Below are positions 22,101-34,900 of a stretch of 64,000 nt of DNA, piece after piece. How positions within the stretch are numbered: the stretch's first letter is position 1; each line of letters begins with the position of its first letter. Origin of the DNA: Yuukianura sp. NJ FZ-2021 (lineage: Eukaryota). The translations under genes and the position numbers were made by a program. The stretch lies in contig CM102290.1 in NCBI GenBank assembly GCA_046563655.1, forward strand, positions 10,850,001-10,914,000, in the 5' to 3' direction. Under the pieces are notes generated by a model. It was not told where the DNA came from, did not search any database, and worked only from the letters and a program-made list of their open reading frames with translations.

Positions 22101-24402
22101 TATCCGTCAATACTTGGACACCTATGAGCTCTGCTAGTAGCCCAACGACTTCGTGGATTTTATGATAAAATGAGATCATGTTCTTCTCCCGAACTTCTCT
22201 GGCGTGGGCTCGTTTCCGTTTTCCAGAAGAAAATGCATCTACAAATGCATTAGAACCAAAAATTTACAACTTTAAATTATTTAACAGAAAAATTTAACAC
22301 AGATTGCTTACCCTTTCCCTTTGGATCCACACGGTAGACAGGATCAAATGTTGGGTAAACAGTGTTGAGTAGCTGGAACTTCGTAAATCGAACAATTCTG
22401 TCTATCAGATCCTCGATGTACACCTTTTTTGGCATATTTTGGCTGGTGAGTATATGAAGAGCCGTAAGACACGCAATCACACCTCGCTGAATACTTTCCA
22501 GTGTCAGTTCAACCCAGAGCCTGCTCTCTTCTTCCGTTTCATCAGGATCCGCCAGTGGAGTAACTTTACAACCTTCTCGGATATTCAGCTCCAGGAGTTT
22601 CAACAGTCCAACCATTTTATCAGAGGGAATGGCTTCCATACAACCCAAAGCTTTGAGTTTAGCTGCCTCGGCACAGAGATCGGTGAGTTGGTGTTTCGGA
22701 ATCAACAGTTCTGACGGAACCTGTCCGTCATCTTCAAGATCTGCCTCTTGCTCAAAATCAGGGTCATTGTTCTCCAGCACAACACTCAATGTTTTCAAAA
22801 ACCTGTGATAGGTTGTTCCGTCGAGACTGTTGCAGTTACTGATTTTGTTAGTTCCCTTTTTAATACTTGGGGTATTGCCTAGTTTTTCCAGAACCGGCAC
22901 TAGCATTCGTTCAACTCGGCGAATCTTGGCTTTCGGCATTCCGTCACATTCGGGATCTGGATCGGAACCAATAGAAGATCTCCTATCTAAGTCATCCGTT
23001 AGGGATACAGTGGAGCTCCGCCGGCTAGGAAGCTGAGTCTGATTTTGGGTTACATGCTGCGTCTCCTGTTTGATGCCAGTCGAATTTGAAGATTTGAGGT
23101 TTGGTGACCAGTCATTTCCATTTGCATTGCTATGATCTGTAAAGTAAACGGAAACAATTCTCAGTTAAATACTAATCAATACTAAGCTCAGAAGAGTCGA
23201 ACTGATGTTACTATTCTGCAACTAACCAAACTTCGCTTTGTGGACTTCAGGTTGTGCTGGTACAATCCCGCCCTTGAAGACTTCTGGTTTGGGCTGAGGC
23301 TGTTGCGCTTGTACAATTCCACCTTTGAATACTTCCGGTTGTGCTTGGACAATTCCTCCTTTGAAGACGTCAGGTTGCGCTAGTACATTACCAGCGTTGA
23401 AGACTTCTGGTTGGGGTTTTGCTTGTACAGCAGCAGCACCTTTGAAGACTTCGGGATGAGACTGTGCTTGTACAATTCTACCTTTGAAGCCTTCTGGTTG
23501 GGGCTGTGTCTGTACAATTCCAGCTTTGAAAACGTCTGGTTGGGGATGAACTTGTTGTTGTACAATTCCCGCTTTGAAGACTTCTGGATGGGGTTGATGT
23601 TGTTGTTGTACAATTCCACCTTTGAAGACGTCAGATTGTATTGGGGCAATTCCACCTTGGAAGACGTCAGATTGTACTTGCACAATTCCACCTTTGAAGA
23701 CGTCAGATTGTGGTTGTACAATTCCACCTTTGAAGACGTCAGGTTGATGTTGTAGAATCCCGCCTTTGAAGACGTCTGATTGTGCTTGTACAATTCCACC
23801 TTTGAAGACGTCGGGTTCTGCTTGTAGAATTCCACGCAACAGACCTGGTGCTGACTGAGCATCAACGGTGTCGGCATCCGGATATTGATCTTTGAGATTG
23901 CTGTAAACAATTGACATATTAACCATCAAATTATAAAACACAAGGTGAAGAATTCCAAGAAATGAAGACAATTGAAAAGTTCTTACATCTGTCTTGATGA
24001 AGTCTGACTCAGATATTGTACTAACTGCGGCACTAAATTGTTGTCAGTGGTGTGTAGAAGTCGCCTGGCCTCCTCTGCTACACGAGGGTGGAAGAGTAGG
24101 GACTTATTGCTTAGCGTTTGTGGTAAAGGTGATGGAAGCTGAATCTCCGGAAGCACTAAAAGAAAAAGAATCAAAAGTACAGGTTTTTATTAACTCAAAT
24201 CAACCATTTAAATAAACAGATCTGCAAACAAAGGTAAACAAATAGAACCAGCACTACTTGGTACACGTCTAAATACTGTCGGCGTCAATTCTAGGCTTTG
24301 AATTCAAATCCCAAACAGTTGCCAGTAGTTTAACTTACGATCCACTAGGCTAGCGACCCCGCTGAGGGTAATAATCGGTACCGACGGCACTTCCCCATTC
24401 AT
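16190..24402 (-). CDS. Nipped-B: Nipped-B / NIPBL (Scc2) cohesin loader, about 20 coding exons
   Basis: N-terminus MNGEVPSVPIITLSGVASLVDLLPEIQLPSPLP; conserved blocks LLSTVNKPEWPAAELLLSLLG, VREAAVDLVGK, RKRVIKILRDIC, GLVHPIQIVPYL, AYFPYQVVDEPLFIIHHID, LLLLMLKQHLK; stop at 16190. Confidence 0.97.
23236..23830 (-). repeat. Coding tandem repeat (36-bp / 12-aa base unit, 15 copies) in Nipped-B exon 23227-23900
   Basis: Translation gives (A/P)Q(P/S)(D/E)VFKGGIVQ 15 times; splice phases on both sides keep the exon in frame. Confidence 0.9.
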
Positions 24403-26508
24403 ATTGACTCTTCAGTGTCTAACTGCAGAAGAGTCAGTTAGCTTAAGTAAAAAAATCGTTCTGGGGGCAAGTCCGTTTAAACTATATTATGGCTGGCTCT
24501 TTCACTCGGACTGTTCCACTTGCTTTTTTGACAGGTAAGGGTTTCTCGGTACACGGGCCGTAGTTGAAGGGGTCATGGCCACTGGGTCACAGTTGACTTT
24601 TGGTTCCTTTGTTGAATGGGGGACATGGTTAGAATTCTGAAGTGGACTGAATTAAGTTTAGTTGACTTGTGTTTACTTGTGTAGATGAATTGGGGGAGGT
24701 TATAGGCCTCTATAAGGACAGGGATACAATGGAGGAGAGTGACGCGCCAAAGCCAAAAATTTCTTTATGTTATTCGGCTATATCCTAATCTACACTTTCA
24801 CTTTCTTTCAGACAGTACGGTAGAGGTATACCCCTCCCCAGAGCGAAACCGATGCTTTATAGCAAAATTCAATAAAACCAAACATCAACTAACATATGAC
24901 GATGACCTGTCATTTGAATGATCAGTGTCAAGTCATCAATCCTTCCAGAGGCCACGATGGTAGCATCAGGTCGAAGTTCATGTTTGGTTTTTCCGAATAC
25001 ATAAGCAGAACAGAACGTTTGAAAGATTTGGTTTTAGCATCTGGATATCCAATCCAAGTCATATGAAGGGGTGTACTGCTCTTTCCGAGTGGAGGAGTAT
25101 GGTCGATGGTGAGAGGTTTTTATGACCCTTGGGGGATTGCACTGTCAGTCTCTGACTCAGATACTGTACCGCGCGGATGTTCGTTACTGTCAAACGAATT
25201 TGCGATTCACGTTCGGTACTCTCACGTATTCAATTCTACTCGTCCAGAGGTTTCTATATAAAGAGAGCAAGTAACTGTTTGATCACTCAATTTCCAAACT
25301 AGACTTAATCAAATAATATTCTAACATGAAAACTTATGTCGTGTCTTTCGGATTGGTAGTTACTCCCTCTGATCATGTCGTCACCAAATTCGACGAATTT
25401 CCGGCCAACGGTGGCGCGTAACGGCAACACACAATAAACCCAAATTGTTGACAGAATCGGTAGACACTTTCACCGAAATGACTATTCTCCGATTTAAAAC
25501 TCTATTTTAACGTTAATCTGGCGAGTTCGTCCTCCACGAGTCTACCGTTACACACCGACCGCGTCGTTTTCAGCTCAGCTAAATTTTCGTTTGTGAGACG
25601 TGAGAGCACAGTTACCGTGGATCCCAATACATACCCGAAGCAACTGGAAGCGGTGTTTGAATTGCGTAAATGCATGACTTCCTTTTGACCTTCGCTTGTC
25701 TGTGGCCTCCATTCCATGACGTAAATGTGTCGTCCGCTTCCTTGTCCTTGACCATTGTCTGATTCAAACAATGGGAAAGATTAGACGATTGAAAATTAAA
25801 CCTCCTCCGCCTCCGCCATATTTGACTTACCAAACTACCAAAGCCGTATCATACGAGGTTGACTACGAACCAATTCGGCCCGAAATCCTTATATCACGCC
25901 CAAACAATGACAAGTCGGAAGTTTATGTCTCCTCGTCGTAGGTCAATTACGTTAGGTCTAACTAATTGAAAACAAAACCGATTAAGAGACTCACTGGAGA
26001 ACGAAAAAACCTTGGCAAACAAAAAACAAAATGGACACAAACAAAGGAAACAGAGGAGGCCACGAAAGATGAAGTTTTGCCAGACGTAGACATGACAAAT
26101 GTGTTTCGTTGCTTCGTTTTGCAACTATGGACCTTGCGAATACCGGAACCTGCTTTTCCAGTCAATGATCATCTTTTGGAATTCAGGTCACACCTTGTGT
26201 CTTTTGAAGTGGTTAGAAGCTAACTACGTATCTAAATGAAGTACGCATGCGATTCAGGTCGAGGAGATAGCCACTTAAAACAACAATTTTTTAAAGAAAG
26301 AAATTATTTGGAATGGTCATAGGAATTGAAAATGTGAAATTGTTTATGGTGATGAACTTCAATAACATAGCTTAGTCAACCTACTTTCTACCGGAATTAT
26401 TGGTTTATGCTACATAATATGTTTGAATTAAAATCTAATTTTCTTAATTGTAATAAACTAATAACCTAATACTAGTGCAGCTAATTTTGAAAGGGTTTGA
26501 TAAACCCG

Positions 26509-26516
26509 TATCGATA
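26509..26516. promoter_or_regulatory. DRE element (TATCGATA) between the divergent Nipped-B and thiolase genes
   Basis: Exact 8-bp DRE palindrome, typical of insect housekeeping promoters; function untested. Confidence 0.45.
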
Positions 26517-27568
26517 CCATAAAATACCATGTGTCGTCGACTGCCTCTACTCGGTTGTAAAAATGTCAAAAGTAAAAGTGTATTGTAGAATTCGCCAAAA
26601 AACTTTGAAATAGCAATTGCATGAATTGCCATTTTGAACTGCAATTCCTACCGAACGCAGTTCAGCTCATCTTACTCAAGATGGCAGAAGTGCGGCAGAT
26701 GCAATAATGGAACTTAGCTTGTTTAAGTATGTGACGTGACATTCTAGCATGCAAAACTGAAACTACCATAACCAAGTTTAATAAATGACTTAAATTAAAA
26801 TGTGATAAAATTTTCGTTAGTTTAGCGAATATGCCGTACTCTTTTGGTAAGTCCAAGCAGTTCAAGTGCTTCAGTGCTGGTAAAATCATTAACATTTTAT
26901 GCTCCTGGCCTGTTTGATAGTGGTTTGTTTACATTTGAATATAATAAAAAGCAGCAATTTTGTTATTACAGAGAAAGGGGCAAGAATCATGTGGTTGATG
27001 ACGTTTTGTGGAGTTGAGGTCAACGTCCATACTGTTTACAAAAAGCTACTTGGATTGGATATCTCCACTCCACTTTCATCCAACATAATAAAGAACACGC
27101 AACTTGCCTCTCCAATTTCATTCCAGAAGTTGTTGAGGTCCTGAGCTTTTCCAGAAGGACATCGTTGGGGTCATCCTGTGCGAGACAACAAATCTGTGAG
27201 ATAAAGGTACAGTAACAGTACTAACGAATAAAAAGTACAAGACGTAAAATAAAGGAGGCATTAAATTTAACAAAGCCAGTTGTAGTTAAATTACACTTTT
27301 AAACTTTTATAGTGACTGTAGTCTGTATAGTTGTTCATTCGTAATCAGAAACCTAAAGAAAAGTTAAATTAAGGTTAAAGGCAGCTCAATTCTTTCAGCT
27401 ATGTAGTACTAGTTATAAAAAAAACAAGCAGAGTTGACCGTTAAATATTTTTATTGAAGTTGGACTTCCTTCTGTTTTTATAGAAAACTTTCTGTGCATT
27501 ACCGGCATCCGAATCCGTGGTTTTGGAACCGACTCATTTCGGCAATTTACGAGCTAGTGGAATTCAAA

Positions 27569-29397
27569 ATGGCACAGGCATTACGTAGAGTCTACATCGT
27601 TGGAGTAGGCATGACAAAGGTACTTAGTTTAACAAATATACTAGAACATTAGTTGTTCATGTTACGAATTTTAATTCAATAAGTATCTCACAGTCACAAT
27701 TTTGTTTTCAGTTTACGAAGCCTGGAACGGGACCCGACTATCCTGAAATGGCATTCGAAGCAGTTCAAAAGGCTCTCAAGGATGCCCACTTAAACTACAA
27801 GCAGGTGAATGCAACATACAAATCAAAACTGATATAAAACAAACAATTTGCTAACTTTTGAATTGTTACTTTAGGTTCAGCAGGCAATAGTAGGCTACGT
27901 TTATGGTAATTTGAATCGTTCTCTAAATGGAACTTGGGATTGAGAGCTGCAATAAGCGTTTAACTTACTGCTATTAGGTGATTCTACGTGTGGACAACGA
28001 GCTGTCTATTCTTCCGGCTTAACTGGAATTCCCATTTACAATGTCAATAACAACTGTGCCACAGGATCTAGTGTAACTAATTGTATACTTTTAACACTAG
28101 AGTAACATCGTAACATTGCCGGGTTATGTTTAATTTTGGAATTTGATTTGCAGGCTTTGTACTTGGCGAAACAATTGGTTGCTGGAAATCAGGCTGACTG
28201 TATCCTGGCTCTTGGTTTTGAGAAAATGGAGAAAGGCTCTCTCGGAGTGTCCTTTCCGAATAGAACAAATCCGCTTGACAAGCACGTTCAGGTATTTGTT
28301 ATTAAATAAACTAAAATTAAGTTGCGTTTGTCAATTTTTTTTAGTTTTGTAATCTGGGCATGAACTTTGTTATGCTTTGTTAGGCTATGATGAAAATCCG
28401 TGGACTGGATGAAGCAGTTCCGATCGCACCACAGCTCTTCGGCAGTGCTGGCAAAGAACACATGGACAAATATGGAACGAAACAGGAACATTTTGCAAAA
28501 GTTGCACAGAAAAATCATAATCACGGCTCAAAAAATTCGTACGTTTACATGTCTTGTTATCGTTAATACTCGAAAACGCAAATCATCCGGCTAATGTATA
28601 CCTATGTCATTTTTAGAAACTCACAATTTCAAAAGGAACGGACGCTTGACGAAATATTGAAAGCTCAAGAAGTTTCTTCTCCACTTACTAAACTAATGTG
28701 TTGTCCAACATCGGACGGAGCTGCTGCTGCATTGCTCTGTTCCGAACAATTTGTTAAAAAGAACAACTTGGAGTCAAAGGCAATTGCAGTTTTGGGAATG
28801 GAATTGGTGAGAATTCATCTCATCAGTTTGATTTACAGCACCTAATTAAATTTTGTCCTAGGTAACGGATCTTCCGTCGACATTTGAAGAGAAGTCCATG
28901 GCCAAGGTAGTTGGGTACGACATGACAAAAACTGCTGCAACTCGTGTCTTTCAAAGTTCAGGTCGAAATGTCTCCGAAGTAAACGTCGTTGAGCTCCACG
29001 ACTGTTTCAGTGCCAATGAACTCATCACTTACGAAGCACTTGGGCTCTGTGAGGAGGGTAAAGCAGGCGAATTCATAGACAAGAAAGACAACACTTATGG
29101 CGGCAAATACGTCGTTAATCCGTCTGGCGGTCTTATTTCCAAGGGCCACCCGCTTGGAGCTACTGGTAAGCTGGAGTAAAAACGTTTTAGGACATAAAAT
29201 TATATTACAAGATTATAATTTTTTTGTGTTACGTTTGTACAGGTTTGGCACAGACTGCTGAATTGACATGGCAGCTTCGTGGTGAAGCGGGTGAGCGGCA
29301 GGTCAAGGACTGCAAGTTAGCGCTTGGTCACAATTTGGGACTCGGCGGTGCAGTTGTTGTGTCGCTTCTGGAAAAAGGATTTCCTGGAACTTCATAA
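27569..29397 (+). CDS. ScpX: SCPx/SCP2-type 3-ketoacyl-CoA thiolase, 9 coding exons, thiolase domain only
   Basis: [18 protein letters not shown]; catalytic [63 protein letters not shown]; ends EKGFPGTS* at 29395-29397. Confidence 0.93.
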
Positions 29398-31568
29398 AAA
29401 AATCAAACCAATTATTTTGACCTGTGCCTTTTAATTTTAAGCCAAACTTTCCTAGAATCGAGAAACATATCAGGTAGTAGCAAGGATAAAGTTTTCCAGG
29501 AAAAATATTTTCGAACTCGCCTTAGATTAAAACCGGATTTCGATACTCTTTATTCGGTAACTTACGTTAGATATTACTGTAAAACAATTTCCAGTGGTAA
29601 TTTCTGATTCGTCCAATCATTACGCTCAATTATTGACATTAAAATGACAATTATTAATCGTTTCGTTATCCAACTACAAAAAATCTTTAAACATTCAAGT
29701 ATTTTAACTTTAGTTTTGTTTAACTCTGTTCTGAAAGAAATTACTCTCACAATCAGTTGCGTTAAACTTTTGTTAAGAAAGCAACTTTTTTTAAAGTTGG
29801 CAACAACTTTCAGACGAATCGATTTTTTCAAAACTTCGTAAATGACCTCCTGTCAAGGTTGTCCAATTAGGAAGAGCAAGACAGTTTTCAAAGAACCTGA
29901 CAATAGAATGTTCATTTTGACAAAAACAGGAAAACTTTTCCGAATAACTTTCTTTTTTAAACTGGCGCCGTGGGGTTTTCCAGTACCAAAAATGCAGTAG
30001 ATTTGCGTCTTTCGATACACCTTTCACATATGGCGGGACGAACGTGTTACTTTAGCCTCTGTGTCTCTGCCGCATGTAAATGAGCGTAGTACTTTCTCTG
30101 AATATTAACGTAGTCGGCTACCTTACTTTTTGGAAACACCCGCAATAGTCCCTGCTTTTGCCGAAAGAAAGTGAATCCAGTATTTCATCTTTTCTTTCAC
30201 TTTGGTATTCATGAAATTCAACTTTCTCAAAAGTGAAACCAACTGTTTTCCATCTTTATTTACTCGCTTTCCTCCCCTTTTCATTTTCATTTCCAAATTC
30301 TTAATTCAATTTCCAATTTTCCAATGCATTTTCAAAAGCAATTTGAGCTAATTTGGTTACAAACGCAAACCGAGTTTTCCTAATTTCGGTTGAAGCCAAT
30401 TCTGAAAATTGCAAATCAACTTCACCGAAACAAACACAGTATGAAAAAAAATTGTGTAACAATTTAACAAGGTGTGCTAAAAAATGGAACACTGGAGTAA
30501 AAAAAATTTTTTTAACAATATTTCATCAAAATGCAACATTTCAAACCAGTTTGTTCAACATTTATAAAAAAAAAAAACTCCAGGCACTTACTAGTGTGAA
30601 AAGTTCAGGTTTATGCTAAACTTTTTTTTTGCCGATCTATACATATACTGCATGTCCCTTCCGCTCCAACAGTTTCCTAAAATTTAAAAAATATTTTTTT
30701 AGTATATAAGTTAATTAAACAGAAGTGTACTGCGGTCCTTTCATGAAATATAGACTAAGACAAGCATTAGAAAAGTTTTGTAATTTGGTAAAAACTGAAG
30801 CCAACTTTGTTAGTAACAAGATCTTAGATTTCGTGTGAAGATGTTATGAGGATGGGTGATGAAAAGGAAAGTTTTTGTCGAGGGAAAGTTATATGCCCCA
30901 GAGAAATGGGACAGCAGAAGGATGGCGCGGTTTCCTTTCTCCTGCTGACAGCTTCCTAATACCCGGGTATTCTACCTACTCTTACGTATTTCCCGGGGAA
31001 AGAGGAGTGTGCTTGAAAGGTTAGTGAAAATCATAAGCCACAGCCTCAAGCTTCTCCTTTGAATTTGGAACACAGAATTAATTCTGGACGAGTTTTGAAC
31101 GTGTTCAGGTCTCTTCCGTATTCGTCATTGTTTGCCGAGAGAATTAAGAGACACATGCAAAGTGCAAATAATCCTTGCCAATTTTTGGAGTCATGTTGGA
31201 CGCTTTTTGGCTCTTTGACGAAGTCATTTCCTTTTGGGTTAGTCCAAAAATCCAGAAAATCCTATCCAACTACCAACTTTTTATGTTAGGTTCTGAAAAT
31301 GGGTAAGTAGCTGAGGTGGAGGTCGAAGGTCAATGGGGTTTTAACATCGAGTTAAGTTAGACATTAACTTAAGTTATAAATAAGTTGTTCAAGTATTAAC
31401 TTAAGTTAGATACGCAAAAAAATAGTGGAGGTTGGTGACCTAGCAGTTTCGTCCTTTGAACTTGGATACTTTTGGACAGGAAAGAAGAAGAAAAACACTT
31501 GAAAAGTTTGTCAAGTGTTGCTTTTTGCATGAAACCGTGCCGGCCACGGTGGGTTCAATGAATTCGTA

Positions 31569-31920
31569 GGGGAAAGGGAAAGTGGACGGTGGGGACACGG
31601 GGGCGGTGGGGCCAAGAAAGTGGAATGAAATGCCTCTTGCTTTTGCTTAGACGAGAGGAGAAAGTGGGAATGTTTGATTTTCGGCAGAAAGTGAAAGTGG
31701 GAGTAGCAGGGTTCCGTTATTTGAGTGGAATCTGGAAGGGGAATCCATTATGAATTCAGTTTCTTAGCACGGCGGCGGCGGGGCAATGGCCACACGCACC
31801 ACCACTACGCACAGACAAGAGACAAGAAACAGGCACAGACACGCCTTGTGTCCACGGTTGTTCCCTCGTTCTTGCTGTCTCCCGGGTCGATAACCCTGCG
31901 CTTCCCCCTTTCCGCTATGG
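31569..31920 (+). promoter_or_regulatory. Candidate promoter and first exon of the DYRK gene
   Basis: Five G-runs at 31569-31611, Inr TCAGTT at 31756-31761, locally GC-rich sequence, possible donor G|GTTAGG at 31920. The link to DYRK is inferred. Confidence 0.35.
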
Positions 31921-34900
31921 TTAGGTTGATGCAGCCCTTCCAGGAAAAATCAGCAAAAGCCTGTTACTCAATGCAAAAGGACTGTTACGGTACACGGTCT
32001 CGTCACACCGTGACTCATCAATGGACACCGCCGCTGCTCCCGGACACTGTCAAGCTCCGTGGGAAAGTTGGCTGCCGGAAACTGCAGGGGCAGAGAACAA
32101 CAAGGAGACACGCTTTGAGGGGATCTAAAAAACAAAACAAAAGTAATCAATAACACGCTGAAAATTGTTTAAAACGTGAACTCAAACATTTTAAGTCAAA
32201 ATTTCATAACGTTAACGTAAAATGTGCGCTTTTATGAAGCAACGGTTACGTCTGTATGTAGTGACTCGGCAGATATCATGTGAAGCATTTTCACATCCAA
32301 GTATTTTCGGAGAATTGAACTTCCAAGTAGTTGGATGTATCACAGAAAACTTTGACACTCGTATTTCTATTTTCAAAAAAATTTGGACTCTGTTCAAACG
32401 GACTTGTACTCAAGAAGTTCTTGAGACGAAGGACAGCAGCGTCCCTGCGTCTGTCTATTCACTTTTTGCAGCATCCCACGTTCAAATAGTGAACAAAGTT
32501 GTCTACTGTGATGTGAAAGTTCTGTTTGGAGTAAGAATTTTTGCAAGACTTTTGCCAATTTCTAAGAATAAAAACAATTATTAGGTAGGACATTACTAAC
32601 GTGAAGCTTAGTCACTTGTTTCTTTTGTTTTCCTTTAAAAAAACAATCCAGTTCATGAAAATGTTGGAGCATATGGGAATGACCTGTGCGTCCTACGTTT
32701 GTTTTTGCCAAGAGTTTTCTTGGAGGTGACGCTTCTAATTTATTCCTTGAATAGATGAGGTTGAAGAAAGACTCAAGGTTCTACTGTTGAAAGAATTATG
32801 TTCGAATGAGAACTTTCGAAATTTTGACTTTTTGGTAACTTTCTTACGATTTTTTCGAAAAAGTGGAAATCATTTTTTGAGAGTCAAGATCCTGAGACAA
32901 TGAGGAGGAACAATAGCAGTTTACGCAGATACCAGTCCTCAGTATTGAGCAACATGTAAAACATAAAAGAAAAACAGATATAAAATTGGTACATTTTGGA
33001 AAGCAATTTTTGGAATAAGGATTTTGTAAATTACTTTTTTGAGAAACTCATTTCTCAAACGTTTGTTTAAAACAGAATGGTTGGAGGAGATGTGCTGCTT
33101 TCAAGCTTCGTCTTTTGTTACTGGATGCTTGGAAGAGTCGTGAATTTGAATAGACCATTGGGAAATACGCGTTTCGTTTTTTTCAGATTCGGTGATTTCG
33201 ACATGATGTTGAAGATGATTTCTTCCTGGATACTCAAATGTCATCATTGACCTTATATGTACTCACATCCAGCATCTGTCACCTTCAGAAACACAAAAAA
33301 TTGTGATGGTTGATAGTGGACAATGGCCGATGTATTAAAATTCTAATATACGCTTCATCTCCTCTTGCTTCATTGTTGGTAAGATCCTTTTCCATTGTGA
33401 TGGGATTTGAAACTTGCAGAAGACAAAGTGACATGGTTTTTTCTTGTTGTTGTCAAAATGTCATCTTTGTCGTCATCGTCACCTCCAAGAAGAAGTGAAA
33501 ACTTGCTTCTTCAGATCCACATTTGGAAGTGTTCATGTTTGTGCTCAAGCATCAGGCTGTTTTCTAACTTGTACCGTACTAGCATTAATGCAGGAACGAT
33601 GTATACAGAAAAGGAGACTGGTGGATTCAGATTTAGCATGTCCCATGCTGCTTCGACTTGGATTATGGAAGTGTTCTGGAAGACGAACTTTGGTTGCTTT
33701 GTGTATCGACCACCGCCACTCTGTTTCCCATCGTGCAGTTGGCATATGTTTCCAATGTCGTCGTCGTTCCCTCTCCCCAAGTCTTCTTCAATTTCTTTGT
33801 TTAGAAAATGGACCCCTTCCTGTCCATCCTCCATCCTATGTTAGTAATGATCACAGTCTCATGAAATACGACACCGCCATCCTATTGCTTCAATTGATGA
33901 CAAGGCAACTCCAACTTTGGATCCTCTGGATGATATTCTTAGCATCTCTCCGATTAATCTGAAATTTTTATAGGAACCAGGCCGTCAAAAACTTAACTAT
34001 CAACATCATCTGTTCTCCATCCAAGGTTTAAATAAGAATACGATAATAGTTTCGTAAGTCTTCCGTGCCTTTGTAGCCTTTTCCATGGATGATCCAAGTT
34101 TATATTGTTTCAAGACAAGAACACAGAAAGTGATGAAGGAATCGACATCTTGATCGTACTATAAATATTTTCATGTTCCTTTGACCTCTTCGTCTTCAGC
34201 ACTAAGTTTATGGAAACTCTGCACAAAAAATGTCCATGAATTCTATTTTAAAGATCAGCACAACAGATTTTTTTAGTTTAAAGGGAACGACGGGTACTTT
34301 GGGCTTACCCGTCGGGTATTAGTACGTCTGAGGAGCCCTTAGCAAGGACCTGTACGCACATTGGGGTCAGACGAAGGGGTCCCTTTGTGTCTGTCAGCTG
34401 TTGCTCGGTGGAGTACATCCTGGAAGATGAACAAAAAGTAATAAGGATGACGGTAGAAATGAACACCATGTACCTTGAGGAACTATTGTTAAGGGTAGCC
34501 TAACAAAACGAAGACGTTGAAGGGACGAAGGGAGTTTCCTCCTTTCAAAACAGGCCTTAAGGCTCCTTAATCCTCTTCTTCCTTTTGTCAAGTCCCTGCT
34601 GCTTCAACCTGCTCCCCTGCTTTCAGTTTTAGGGCATTTTAAATCACTCCAAGTTAATTCATAAAATGAAACTTTACGTTAAGTGCTACCAGTTAATTCT
34701 TTTTATGTTTATCCCTGTTCATCCAGGAAGTTCAAGCAGGTTCAACATATGGCATGGACTTTGACGAAGGCCCCTTCGGCGAGATGACCCTTGACTTGAT
34801 TTCCAGTTTCCCAAAATGAACCTAGGGAACAAATGAAATGAATTTTTGAATCAACTTTTGAGAAAGGACAACTTTTTCTCAAAAGTTCCCCGAGAAATGA

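Noticed and set aside
25502..26223. Several 67-89 aa ORFs on both strands
   Set aside because: No recognisable domain, mostly non-ATG starts, and no consistent splice model.
33180..34250. Coding-like composition with overlapping 60-170 aa ORFs, possibly a decayed gene or transposon
   Set aside because: The frames I translated are interrupted and no family motif was recognised; BLASTX would be needed.
34288..34375. 9-bp hairpin CGACGGGTA/TACCCGTCG followed by CTGAGGAG, suggesting a hammerhead ribozyme
   Set aside because: The GAAA core expected after stem II is missing; short stems like this can be chance or transposon debris.
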